From contig JADJXV010000002.1 of assembly GCA_016720145.1 (NCBI GenBank), positions 152,279 to 216,278 of the forward strand: a stretch of 64,000 nt of DNA, in the 5' to 3' direction. Below, one piece after another: positions 50,870-60,348 of the stretch. Every line of letters begins with the position of its first letter. Position 1 is the stretch's first letter. Origin of the DNA: Ignavibacteria bacterium (GTDB lineage: Bacteria > Bacteroidota > Ignavibacteria > Kapaibacteriales > UBA961). A model generated the notes under the pieces. The model saw only the letters and a list, made by a program, of their open reading frames with translations. It made no database searches and was not told the origin of the DNA. The position numbers and the translations under genes were made by a program.

Positions 50870-51913
50870 TTATTCTTTTTTTTGGATGGCTTTTAGTTCA
50901 GTGACATCTCTCAAAATCTGTGGAAGGTGCTTGAGTGCAACTAATATTTTCAACTCTTCGCCATGTGGCTTAGCGGGAGATCCGAAATAATGTCCTTCAG
51001 TCAAAATTGATTTGGCTACACCTGATTGTGCATGAACGATGACATCAGGAACTGTTTCGATATGACCAACTACCCCAACTTGACCGGCAATACGATTCCG
51101 AGCACCAATCTTGGTACTCCCTGAGACACCGGCTTGCGCTGCAATTGCAGTATTTTCACCTATAGTAACATTATGAGCTATATGGACTAAATTATCAACT
51201 TTTACACCATTTTCTAAAATGGTCGCTCCTACAAATGCACGGTCAATAGTTGTATTAGCACCTATCTCGCATTCGTCACCAATTATCACTGTACCAACTT
51301 GCGGAATTTTTTCAAATTTACCGTCTTCTGCTTCATGGAATCCAAACCCATCTGCGCCAAGCACAGCACCGGCGTGAATTATCGTTCGTTTTCCTATAAT
51401 TGTTCCGTTGTAGCATACTGCGTTCGCATGGATGATTGAATTTTGCCCTATTGACACATCATCATAGAGAATTACATTTCCGACGAGTACGACATCATCT
51501 GCAATTTCACATCTATCACTTACAATACAACCTGCTCCTATATAAGCAGTTGCGGCAATCACTGAAGAATCGCCTATCACAACATTTGGATGAATATATC
51601 CTTGAGGATAGCTTTTCTCAGGTACAAATACTCTTAATAGCTTTACAAATGCTGCATAAGGATTTTCATGGCGTATAAATGCCGTAGATTGAATATCATT
51701 TTCAATTACAAAATCATGCGGGATAATAATGCATCCAGCCTGTGAGTTAGAAATATATTTCTTGAATTTAGGATTGGAAAGAAAGGTGATCTCGCCTTCG
51801 AGTGCATATTCGAGTCTATTTACCCCAATAATCGAAATTGCCGCATCACCGATGGGAATACCATCGATGAGAGCGGCAATTTCACCTACTGTTTTGAAAT
51901 TGTTTTTTTTCAC
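50870..51913 (-). CDS. lpxD: UDP-3-O-(3-hydroxymyristoyl)glucosamine N-acyltransferase
   Basis: It is 347 aa with an N-terminal LpxD domain and hexapeptide repeats. Confidence 0.88.
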   Translation of the reverse strand: MKKNNFKTVGEIAALIDGIPIGDAAISIIGVNRLEYALEGEITFLSNPKFKKYISNSQAGCIIIPHDFVIENDIQSTAFIRHENPYAAFVKLLRVFVPEKSYPQGYIHPNVVIGDSSVIAATAYIGAGCIVSDRCEIADDVVLVGNVILYDDVSIGQNSIIHANAVCYNGTIIGKRTIIHAGAVLGADGFGFHEAEDGKFEKIPQVGTVIIGDECEIGANTTIDRAFVGATILENGVKVDNLVHIAHNVTIGENTAIAAQAGVSGSTKIGARNRIAGQVGVVGHIETVPDVIVHAQSGVAKSILTEGHYFGSPAKPHGEELKILVALKHLPQILRDVTELKAIQKKE

Positions 51914-51952
51914 ACTTCTTTTCGCAATACTAAATATTCATCATGAGTTATT

Positions 51953-52645
51953 TTACTGTCTTGGAATCTCTTTTGCGGGTGCGTCTTTTGTAGGAGCGTC
52001 TTTCGGCGGAGGTACTTCATCCGTTCTCGTTTTTGTTCTGCGAGTACCGGTCGCCGGCTTTTCTTTTTCTTTATTTCGAGGATCATTTTTCACAGCAGCT
52101 TCCTGTTGCTTTTCTAAGTCTTCAACCTGTATGCCAAGCTTTTTCATAACCTTAACGGTCATATCATACTTAGGATTAATAAATATAAGAGGTTGCGATG
52201 ATTTATCCCAAACAATATCATATCCTTCGTCGAGCGACACTTCTTGTACTGAAGCAAATATTTTATCTTCCACACCTTTAAACACCAACGTGACAGCTCC
52301 ATCATATTCACCGTTCGGACCAAATTTTTTGGTAGCAAACTCTTCGCGTTCCTTGCGTTTACGCTCCATGAGCATTTCTTTGTCATGGCGTTCCATATCT
52401 GTCCAAACAAGTCTATTCTTTTTGATCTCATTTTCAAGATCAGTAATCGTTTTTTGCTGTTCATCCAGCTCACGTTTCCAATCATCGACCATTGACTGTA
52501 ATCTGAGCTGAGCCTGCTGTGCATCAGGATATTTTTCACGAATTGTCTGGGAAGAGATGTATCCAATTTTCTGTGCTACACTACTATTCGGAAGCACTAT
52601 TACCGCACTTAGAAGTATTAAAAATACTATGAGACATTTTTTCAT
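51953..52645 (-). CDS. OmpH/Skp-family periplasmic chaperone paralog with a Pro/Lys-rich disordered C-terminal tail
   Basis: It has a signal peptide. The coiled-coil is Q/E/K-rich. The tail is ...TRTDEVPPPKDAPTKDAPAKEIPRQ. Confidence 0.7.
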   Translation of the reverse strand: MKKCLIVFLILLSAVIVLPNSSVAQKIGYISSQTIREKYPDAQQAQLRLQSMVDDWKRELDEQQKTITDLENEIKKNRLVWTDMERHDKEMLMERKRKEREEFATKKFGPNGEYDGAVTLVFKGVEDKIFASVQEVSLDEGYDIVWDKSSQPLIFINPKYDMTVKVMKKLGIQVEDLEKQQEAAVKNDPRNKEKEKPATGTRRTKTRTDEVPPPKDAPTKDAPAKEIPRQ

Positions 52646-52723
52646 ATCATCCCTACGTTGTTTAAAGTAATAGAAAACAATTCAGTCAAGGGTAAGCATC
52701 GGTAATAGGCAATCCCTGAAATA

Positions 52724-53248
52724 TTATTTACGTTTAATTTTGTCTATTACTTTGTAGGTAATATCAAATTTTTCTTCTGCAAAAAGGAGACTTGGATTTG
52801 TTTTATCAAACACAAAACTCATTTTCTCTTCCTTCGCCACATCTTTGATAGTTGCAAGGATTTTTTCGCGAATAGGGGTCATAAATATTTCGCGTAAACG
52901 GATGATTTCGCCTTGCTGACCAAATTTATCCTCTTGATAGGCAAGAGCTGTTTGTTGTAATGACTTAAGCGCATCTTCTTCTTTTTTCTTTGCTTCGGCT
53001 GTCATCATCGCTTCTTGCTTTTTATACGATTCAATTTTACCTTTAAAATCTTCTTCGAATTTCCGCAGAGTATCTTGATATTTCGACCCAATATCTTTCA
53101 ATTTTTTGTCTGCATCTAATGCATCCGGTAATTGTTTCAGAATAGTTTCCGTATCGACAAAACCTAATTTAAGGTTTTGAGCCGACGCGGTATGTGATCC
53201 AATAATTCCCACGATACAAAGAGTGAGGAGTGCGAGTATTGTTTTCAT
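52724..53248 (-). CDS. skp: OmpH/Skp-family periplasmic chaperone
   Basis: It is 174 aa with a signal peptide. It sits immediately downstream of bamA. Confidence 0.8.
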   Translation of the reverse strand: MKTILALLTLCIVGIIGSHTASAQNLKLGFVDTETILKQLPDALDADKKLKDIGSKYQDTLRKFEEDFKGKIESYKKQEAMMTAEAKKKEEDALKSLQQTALAYQEDKFGQQGEIIRLREIFMTPIREKILATIKDVAKEEKMSFVFDKTNPSLLFAEEKFDITYKVIDKIKRK

Positions 53249-53305
53249 GTAACTGTACCTTATATAATTAATAATGATAAAATAAATGTTTGAGTTTATA
53301 CTATA

Positions 53306-55687
53306 TTACCGTCCAAACTGGAAGTGGAATTTCCACCCCGACTTTTCGCCGACTTGACCAACGGGATCAAAACCATATCCATAATCAAAACCCAAAAGGC
53401 CGATAGGATTGAGGAGTAAACGTACACCTAAGCCGGCTGAACGCTTCAGGTCAAATGGATCGGCTTGATGTAATCCGTTCCACACATTACCTGCCTCAGC
53501 AAATGCCAGTAAATAAATAGGCATAGGATTGAGCGAAAGTGCGAAACGTAGCTCTAAGTCATGACGCATCATGAATCTACCACCGAGAATCGATCCTCCC
53601 GACGTCACCGGACCAAGGGCATTGTCAGCATAACCGCGTAATGGAGTCACATTAAACCCGCCGAGCCCGTTACCGCCCATAAAGAAGCGTTGATTGGGAG
53701 GAATGTTTGAATCATCCGGTCCAAAATGAGTGACATATCCCATATCTGAAAGCATATAGAGAACCAATCGATTGTTTCCATCAATCTGCATAAGTGGATT
53801 AATAAACTCAAAAGTAAGATTACTTCTCCAAAAATCAGTTGTACCGATACTCATCGATCCAAGCGCAACTTGTGTTGATAATATAAACTTAGATCCGCTG
53901 GTAGGGAACACGATATTATCCAAACTTACTCGCGAAATTGTACCTCCAACGGTAATTTCACTTGAGAGTCCTTCTCTATAAGTCGAAGCACCACGATTAT
54001 TAATACTTTGAATTCGCAAAGAACCATCCACTCGAAAATAATCATCCGGCCATCGTAAGCGCCGTCCAATATTAATTTGTCCGCCTATTTGCTCGAGGTC
54101 AAAATTAAATTGTTGCCTTGTTCTGTAAAGGTTTACACCTAGTGTCGTCGGTTCGTTATTGAGCCAGGGTTCGGTAAATCCAACCGATAATTGCTGATAT
54201 CGGCTACCCTGTCCGAATTCGGCATTTACATTCAATATTTGACCGCCGCCACCACGGAGAGGCTCAGCAAGAGAGAAATTATTAAAAGTAACGCCAACAG
54301 AACCTGTGAGACCAAGTGAACCCGCTATACCAACTGAGGCGTTGAAGGTGTCTGTGGAGCGTTCTTCGACTTTGTAGGCTACATCGACGCGTGTGTTATC
54401 GACAGGATTGACTTTAAGGTCTCGTCCGATTGATTCGGGATTGAAATAATTTAATACACCGAGAGCACGTACACTTCTGATTATAGCCGAACGATTGAAA
54501 TAATCTCCCGGTCTGGTGTATAATTCTCGGCGGATGACTTTATCCTTGGTTTTTGTATTTCCGGTAATTTCTACTCTACGGATCGTAAAGCGGTCTTTTT
54601 CAAACACACGTACGGTGATATCAACTGAATCTTCAGAAACTTTCTTTTCTTCTTTTTGAGATTGGAAGCTAAGATATCCATTATCCATGTAGAGAGACGA
54701 AACGTCTGTTTGGTCTTCATTCGCATTTAAATTTTTATCAAATCTTTCTACATCATAAGGTTCGCCTTTTACTACGCTTAGTCTCTTCACTAAAATTTCT
54801 TCAGGATAGACAGTGTTCCCTTCGAATTTTACATTGCGAAGATAGAACTGTTTACCTTCTCGAACCGAGATTTCGACTCCCACCGTCTCTTCTATTTCAT
54901 TAAAGAGAAGGGTGTCATGTAATATCTCGGCATCAATAAATCCTCGTCGTCTGAATTCGACAATCAGCTTTTTCTTGTCATCCTCATATTTCGACTTATC
55001 AAATTTCGAAGATCTCCAAAATTTCCACCATGGTTTGGAATGTGTATCTTCTAATGCATCTTCCAAATCACCTGATGATATCTTGGAATTGCCTTTAAAT
55101 TCGACATACGAAACATAAAATTCAACTCCTTCTTTGATTTTTAATACGAGGCGGGAATATGCCGAGGTGTCACTTGGTACAATTTCAGGGATGATTTGGG
55201 CATACATCATTCCTTCAGTGTCATAAAGCTTTTTGACTGCATTTTTAGCAAGGTATGCGTCATAAGGTGAAAGTATATCGCCGCGAGATTTGCCGACAGC
55301 TTTTCGAATATCCGAAAGATTCACATTGTCGCTACCTTGTACATCTAGCCAGCTAAAACGTGTAAATTCTTTAACTTTAATAAGAAAGAACACTCCAAGC
55401 GGGGTCGACTTTTCAACAAGAATATCTACGTCGGAGAATTGATTTCTCTGCCAAAGGGATTTAATTGCTTCTTGTAATTCTTTGCCGGGAACGTCAATTT
55501 CACTACCGACACGCAAGCCGGAAAGCGTAATAATAGTCTGCTCATCTGCGAATTGATTACCCTCTACACTCACTCCGGCGATTTTCACTTTACGTGGCTG
55601 CTGCGAAAGTAAAGTACCGAAAGCACTTATCAAAAGTAATGGAAGTACAATAAATCTAAATTGATATTTAACGAGGATTGAATGCAT
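53306..55687 (-). CDS. bamA: Outer membrane protein assembly factor BamA
   Basis: It is 793 aa with POTRA repeats plus a C-terminal Omp85 barrel (...GFDYGYGFDP...HFQFGR). Confidence 0.9.
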   Translation of the reverse strand: MHSILVKYQFRFIVLPLLLISAFGTLLSQQPRKVKIAGVSVEGNQFADEQTIITLSGLRVGSEIDVPGKELQEAIKSLWQRNQFSDVDILVEKSTPLGVFFLIKVKEFTRFSWLDVQGSDNVNLSDIRKAVGKSRGDILSPYDAYLAKNAVKKLYDTEGMMYAQIIPEIVPSDTSAYSRLVLKIKEGVEFYVSYVEFKGNSKISSGDLEDALEDTHSKPWWKFWRSSKFDKSKYEDDKKKLIVEFRRRGFIDAEILHDTLLFNEIEETVGVEISVREGKQFYLRNVKFEGNTVYPEEILVKRLSVVKGEPYDVERFDKNLNANEDQTDVSSLYMDNGYLSFQSQKEEKKVSEDSVDITVRVFEKDRFTIRRVEITGNTKTKDKVIRRELYTRPGDYFNRSAIIRSVRALGVLNYFNPESIGRDLKVNPVDNTRVDVAYKVEERSTDTFNASVGIAGSLGLTGSVGVTFNNFSLAEPLRGGGGQILNVNAEFGQGSRYQQLSVGFTEPWLNNEPTTLGVNLYRTRQQFNFDLEQIGGQINIGRRLRWPDDYFRVDGSLRIQSINNRGASTYREGLSSEITVGGTISRVSLDNIVFPTSGSKFILSTQVALGSMSIGTTDFWRSNLTFEFINPLMQIDGNNRLVLYMLSDMGYVTHFGPDDSNIPPNQRFFMGGNGLGGFNVTPLRGYADNALGPVTSGGSILGGRFMMRHDLELRFALSLNPMPIYLLAFAEAGNVWNGLHQADPFDLKRSAGLGVRLLLNPIGLLGFDYGYGFDPVGQVGEKSGWKFHFQFGR

Positions 55688-56534
55688 CCATTACTCTCTG
55701 AAAATAATTTTTTGGTGAATTTGTATCCGGCTGTTCGGTTAGAATTTGTGCAGAGGTTTTTCCGAAGCGTCGCTCACGACACATATAATTATTGACTGCA
55801 ATATAAAGATCTTCCCGTCGGTAAGCAGGCCAATAACGATCTGTAATAAAGATTTCTGAATACGCTGTCTCCCACAAAAGGAAATTACTAAGACGCATTT
55901 CGCCGCTGGTTCTAATAAGTAAATCAGGATCAGGTATATTATGTGTGACTAAATACGATGCAAATCGCTCTTCAGTAATATCCTCAGGAGACAATTTACC
56001 TCTTCGTACATCGAGCGCTACCATTTGTACTGCTTTTACAATATCCCATCGACCGCTATAGCTTAAAGCAAGCGTGAGAGTGAGACCGGTATTATCTTTT
56101 GTAAGATCAATTGAATACAAGAGTAATTTCTGAATACTTTTAGGGAGGGAATTAAGCTTACCTATGGCAAGCAGGCGGACATTATTATGGTGAAGCTCTT
56201 CGATTTCGTGTTTTAGATAAAACTCGAGTAATTTCATTAAAATATTTACTTCAGTACGCGGACGCTTCCAATTTTCAATGGAGAAAGCATATAAAGTCAG
56301 GAACTGTATTCCAAGCTGGGAGGACGCTTTTACAATATCCCTAACGCTATTAATGCCTTCTTCATGACCTGCTGTACGATTTTTACCATCTTCGACAGCC
56401 CATCTGCCATTTCCATCCATTATTATTGCAATATGACGAGGTAGAATACCTGACATTCGGATGGTATCTTGTGTGTTTTTATCGATAGTAGTCTGATTCT
56501 CAAGCCAATTACGACTCATCGTTGTCCCCTTCAA
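55668..56534 (-). CDS. uppS: Isoprenyl transferase (undecaprenyl diphosphate synthase)
   Basis: The motifs are ...HIAIIMDGNGRWA... and ...LLIRTSGEMRLSNFLLWE... Confidence 0.9.
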   Translation of the reverse strand: MKGTTMSRNWLENQTTIDKNTQDTIRMSGILPRHIAIIMDGNGRWAVEDGKNRTAGHEEGINSVRDIVKASSQLGIQFLTLYAFSIENWKRPRTEVNILMKLLEFYLKHEIEELHHNNVRLLAIGKLNSLPKSIQKLLLYSIDLTKDNTGLTLTLALSYSGRWDIVKAVQMVALDVRRGKLSPEDITEERFASYLVTHNIPDPDLLIRTSGEMRLSNFLLWETAYSEIFITDRYWPAYRREDLYIAVNNYMCRERRFGKTSAQILTEQPDTNSPKNYFQRVMDAFNPR

Positions 56535-56812
56535 TTATATGAAACAAAACTATTATAAAGGGGTATAAATTTTCCATCTATCGCTGGATACTTCAAAAAA
56601 ATTAATTACAGTCGACACCATGAATTTCAACGAATGCTATCGTTGAATTATGATAATTCAAATTTTTATAAAAAATAGAGCGCAAAATTACGCCGAAACG
56701 AGTTAAAATTCAAAAAAAGCAAAAATTTCGCATAAATTTATAGAGTTTAATTTGTTACTTAAATCTGTTTTCGTATTTTTGCAACCCTAAACAGTTATTT
56801 ATATTCATTTTA

Positions 56813-57118
56813 ATGGAAAACAGTACAATGACAAAAGCAGATATCGTCGAAAAAATCGCAGGACAAACAGGATTGACCAAGGTTGAAACCAAAGCAGTCG
56901 TTGAAGGCGTATTTACATCTATCAAAGATGCACTTGCAGCAGGTGATCGAATTGAGCTTCGAGGTTTTGGTGTATTTACCGTTAAAAGTCGTAAATCACG
57001 ACTTGCACGTAATCCTCGCACAGGAGCACCTGTAGCACTCGACAAAAGATATGTTCCGGTTTTCAAAACATCCCCTGAATTCCAAGAGCGTGTCGATGCT
57101 GATATGAAGAAAGCGTAA
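56813..57118 (+). CDS. HU/IHF-family DNA-binding protein. The real start is possibly 56828 (MTKADIV).
   Basis: ...ELRGFGVFTVKSRKSRLARNPRTGAPVALDKRYVPVFK... is the IHF/HU arm. Confidence 0.85.
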   Translation: MENSTMTKADIVEKIAGQTGLTKVETKAVVEGVFTSIKDALAAGDRIELRGFGVFTVKSRKSRLARNPRTGAPVALDKRYVPVFKTSPEFQERVDADMKKA

Positions 57119-57155
57119 TCATACGATATATACGTATGTACTATAACCACATCTC

Positions 57156-57695
57156 GTGAACATGACATCTAAACGCCACCATCAAGCTTCTGAATCTGCG
57201 GGTAATGACAGCACAAAGACAGTAGTAAGATGGTGGCATGTCAGCATTTACTCTACAATCGGGGTAATGGTTTTATTATCAAGCATTTCATTCGGAATTT
57301 CTCGGTATGTCATTGAGCAAGCTAAGCCGGATAAAGAAGAAACATATAGGTTAGCTAATCTGAATTATGACAAGGGTGACTTTGTTACAGCGGCTGGACT
57401 TTATCAGCGCTATCTTGATAAATTTGATTCTGAGAATGTAGCAATGCGTATTGATTATGGCTATGCCTTATTCAGTAGTGGCAAGCAGTTTGAAGGCATT
57501 GAAGTGACAAAAAGTGTGCTAATCGCACATCCCGAGCAAGCGAGTGCAATGTATAATATTGGCGTGATGTACGCAAATCAGGGGAATTTTAGTGAAGCAA
57601 TGCGTTGGCTAAAAAAATGCGCTTCGTCAACTACATACCCTGATATTGCAGCCCAAGCGCAAGATATTATAAACAAGGTTTCTGCAAATCAATAA
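57156..57695 (+). CDS. Membrane-anchored tetratricopeptide-repeat protein
   Basis: It has one TM helix (WWHVSIYSTIGVMVLLSSISFGI). TPR-like helices are present (...GDFVTAAGLYQRYL..., ...AMYNIGVMYANQGNFSEAMRWL...). Confidence 0.6.
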   Translation: MNMTSKRHHQASESAGNDSTKTVVRWWHVSIYSTIGVMVLLSSISFGISRYVIEQAKPDKEETYRLANLNYDKGDFVTAAGLYQRYLDKFDSENVAMRIDYGYALFSSGKQFEGIEVTKSVLIAHPEQASAMYNIGVMYANQGNFSEAMRWLKKCASSTTYPDIAAQAQDIINKVSANQ

Positions 57696-57724
57696 TTTTT
57701 TCACTATCTTAATCGAGGTCAAAT

Positions 57725-57820
57725 ATGCCATGCGGCAAAAAACGCAAACGTCATAAAATGGCGACGCACAAAAGAAAAAAACGTCTTCGTAAGAACAGAC
57801 ATAAAAAGAAGAGTCGGTAG
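57725..57820 (+). CDS. Very basic 31-aa protein (MPCGKKRKRHKMATHKRKKRLRKNRHKKKSR), possibly a bS22-like ribosomal protein. It is absent from the ORF track.
   Basis: An RBS gaggt lies 9 nt upstream. It is followed by a strong terminator. Its composition resembles the AURKAIP1/bS22 family (KRKR...KKKHRK...). Confidence 0.4.
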   Translation: MPCGKKRKRHKMATHKRKKRLRKNRHKKKSR

Positions 57821-57825
57821 TTAAT

Positions 57826-57861
57826 AAACGCGCTTTGGATTATATCCGAAGCGCGTTTTTC
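57826..57861. terminator. Bidirectional rho-independent terminator
   Basis: The hairpin is aaacgcgcttt...aagcgcgttttt. It serves the plus-strand small ORF and the minus-strand gene ending at 57860. Confidence 0.65.
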
Positions 57862-58204
57862 ATTTTATGCCAAAAATCATACTCAGGAACCAAGAAATAC
57901 AACTAATTATTATCGCACCTAATATTGCTGAACCAAACCCACGAATCTCAAATCCATCCAATATCCCTGCACAAATCCAGAGTACCACGCCATTGATAAG
58001 CAGTGAAAACAAACCAAACGTAAGTAGTATAAATGGGAAGGAGAAAAACGCCAGCACGGGCTTTAATACTGCATTAAGCAAACCAAGCACTACAGCCGCC
58101 ATGATTGCTGTGGTGAAATTACGGATGGTGATACCCGGCAAAAGCGCCGCAGTACCAAAAATTGCCACTGAATTGACGAGCCATATCAAGAGTAATCGAA
58201 TCAT
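57860..58204 (-). CDS. Phage_holin_4_2 / DUF360-family small membrane protein. I trimmed the start to MIRLLLIW... because the ORF-track extension to 58285 would overlap the intron 5' end.
   Basis: It has three or four TM helices. The pattern is ...LLPGITI...AAVVLGLLNAVLKPVL...LINGVVLWICAGIL... Confidence 0.55.
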   Translation of the reverse strand: MIRLLLIWLVNSVAIFGTAALLPGITIRNFTTAIMAAVVLGLLNAVLKPVLAFFSFPFILLTFGLFSLLINGVVLWICAGILDGFEIRGFGSAILGAIIISCISWFLSMIFGIK

Positions 58205-58219
58205 GCTAACCTCATTGTA

Positions 58220-60200
58220 GGTGCGCCAAGCGAAGCTTGGTATATTCAGAAGGTGCAAATCCTTCGCGGGAAGGGAGCCACCCACCCGCTACCGCAATCG
58301 TACGCTGTGTGAGGTAACAAGCCCAGTGAAGCTACGACGAGGGAGATATCAGACCGCAACGCAAGTGAAGGTATTGAGCCCCGAAATAGGTCAGGCTATG
58401 ATGGCAGACTGTCTCTACAAACAGGAATGCAATAACAACATGTTCGTATGGCTTGAGCATGTAGTCATCATCGGGGTCTAAGTCCGCAGTATGATATCAA
58501 ACGGATATATCAGGAACTTGGGATATCCACTATACTTGCCATTTGGCATAAGCGCAACCAAATCCGAAAAGGAGTAGAATGCGTAACGGTATAATGGAAG
58601 TCGGATTAGCCCATAGTAGCGTCAAGCTCTGCGAAAGCAGAGGTATGCATGCAGAAGCATTCAATTCTGGTGTAGCGCGAAGGGGCTGACAATTGTATGT
58701 ATTGTATAAAGGAAACGTATATGGCTCATAGAACACAATCAGATACGGCAACGAAACTTATACAACTAAGCAAGGTCTCGAAGGACTCTCCCAAATACAA
58801 GTTTGGCTCATTGGCAAGCTTGCTGAACGAGGAGTACCTTAGAACGTGCTATGCCGAACTTCCCCGTAAGAAGGCACTTGGCATAGACGGAGTGAGTGTA
58901 GAAGAATACGGAGAATCGCTGGAAGCGAATCTTAGTGGATTGGTAGAACGGATGAAAAGCATGTCGTATCGTCCGCAAGCCGTGCGTAAGAAGGAAATAC
59001 CGAAAGAACGAGGAGGAACGCGCACATTGGGCATTCCCTCGACGGAGGACAAGATAGTCCAGAAAGGTATATCCTCAATACTAACGGCACTATTCGACCC
59101 AAGTTTTATCGAGACATCCTACGGTTTTAGAGAAAAGATGGGTTGTCACGATGCGTTGAAGCAGGTACATCAAGAGATAACCCTCAAGCGCGTAAACTAT
59201 ATTATCGATGCAGATATTAAATCGTTTTTCGACAATGTTAACCATGATTGGTTAGTACAGTTTCTGGAACATCGGATAAAAGACAAGAAATTTATTCGAC
59301 TGATTATCAGATTTCTGAAAGCAGGAATCATGGATGAAGGTAGCTTTAGAGCGAGCGACAAGGAACGCCCCAAGGCGGCATCATTAGCCCAATCTTAGCA
59401 AACATATACCTTCATTATGTGCTTGACATTTGGTTCGAGAAAGGATTGAAGAAAGAGCTTCAAGGCTATGCATCGATAGTACGGTATGCAGACGACTTTA
59501 TCATACTTGTAGAACGAGAATCGGACTGCACATTGATATTGGAAGCTTTGCGATTACGGCTTGCGAAGTTCAAGCTTGAATTATCGGAAACCAAGACATC
59601 GGTAGTAAAATTTGGTCGTAATACGGACACAAGCGACGAGCGCAAACATCCGGGAACGTTTGATTTTCTTGGGTTTACGCATTACTGTGGCAAAACCAAA
59701 GCAGGCAAATTCAAGGTATGCAGACGGACAAGCAAGTCCCGCTTCCGCCTTGGCATTCGCAAGGTGAGCGTGTTTCTGAAGGAACACAAGAATACCTATA
59801 CGCTGCAAGAACTCTGGGAAAGTATATCCCAAATGGTACGTGGTCACTATCACTATTATGGTGTAAGTGAAAACAGCAAATCATTATGGAATTACAAAGA
59901 CAAAGTAAAGAAACTTCTTTATAAGTGGCTCAATCGTCGAAGTCAGAAGAAGAGCTACACGTGGGAGAGTTTCAAGCAGTATGTATTCAAGTATCCACTT
60001 CCGGAACCCAAGATATTCGTAAGCTTCTATAATCACTGACAGCGGAATGCAATTGAGGAGCCGTGTGAGGGAAATCCTCAAGCACGGTTCTGTGAGGGGG
60101 AGCAATGCACATCCAAGAAATACACATACTAAGGCACAAAAGCAGAAATGCGGACACGGAGCTACGGTGGAATCTAAAGTATGTGGATTAGCTCTCTACT
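58220..60200 (+). mobile_element. Group II intron, about 2 kb. The 5' end is GUGCG, ORF-less domain I spans about 58220-58690, the IEP sits in domain IV, and domain V is at 60057-60090. The 3' end is approximate.
   Basis: The 5' end is gtgcgccaagcgaag... at 58220. Domain V gagccgtgtgagggaaatcctcaagcacggttc is a 34-nt hairpin with a GAAA loop and an AGC triad. An RT/maturase ORF lies between. Confidence 0.75.
58697..60039 (+). pseudogene. Group II intron reverse transcriptase/maturase (RT domains 0-7 plus X, with no En/HNH domain). It is frameshifted by a 1-nt deletion near 59362, where a gg stands in place of ggg.
   Basis: ORF 1 ends ...ASDKERPKAASLAQS*. The shifted frame reads ...[31 protein letters not shown]..., continuing into ORF 59419..60039 with ...YVRYADDFIILVE... 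(YADD). Confidence 0.75.
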
Positions 60201-60289
60201 CGACAATTCAACAAAATCTTTATATAAAATAAGAAATTATTATTTTATGTTTAAACAGTAATTTACTTCAGAGTTGACGTAGAAACATA

Positions 60290-60322
60290 AAAGCGGACTG
60301 CTCACTCAATGAACAGTCCGCT
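60290..60322 (-). terminator. Rho-independent terminator of the LysM transglycosylase gene
   Basis: The hairpin is gcggactgctcactcaatgaacagtccgc, followed on the minus strand by ttttatgttt. Confidence 0.6.
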
Positions 60323-60348
60323 AGTATAAACAAATGCTTTAATCGATA

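Noticed and set aside
58220-60200. A class IIC attC/terminator-targeting intron, meaning an insertion directly after a hairpin
   Set aside because: The nearest upstream terminator hairpin (57826-57861) is about 360 nt from the intron 5' end. The nearest downstream terminator (60290-60322) is beyond the 3' end. The flanks therefore do not show the IIC signature. Class assignment needs phylogeny of the IEP.
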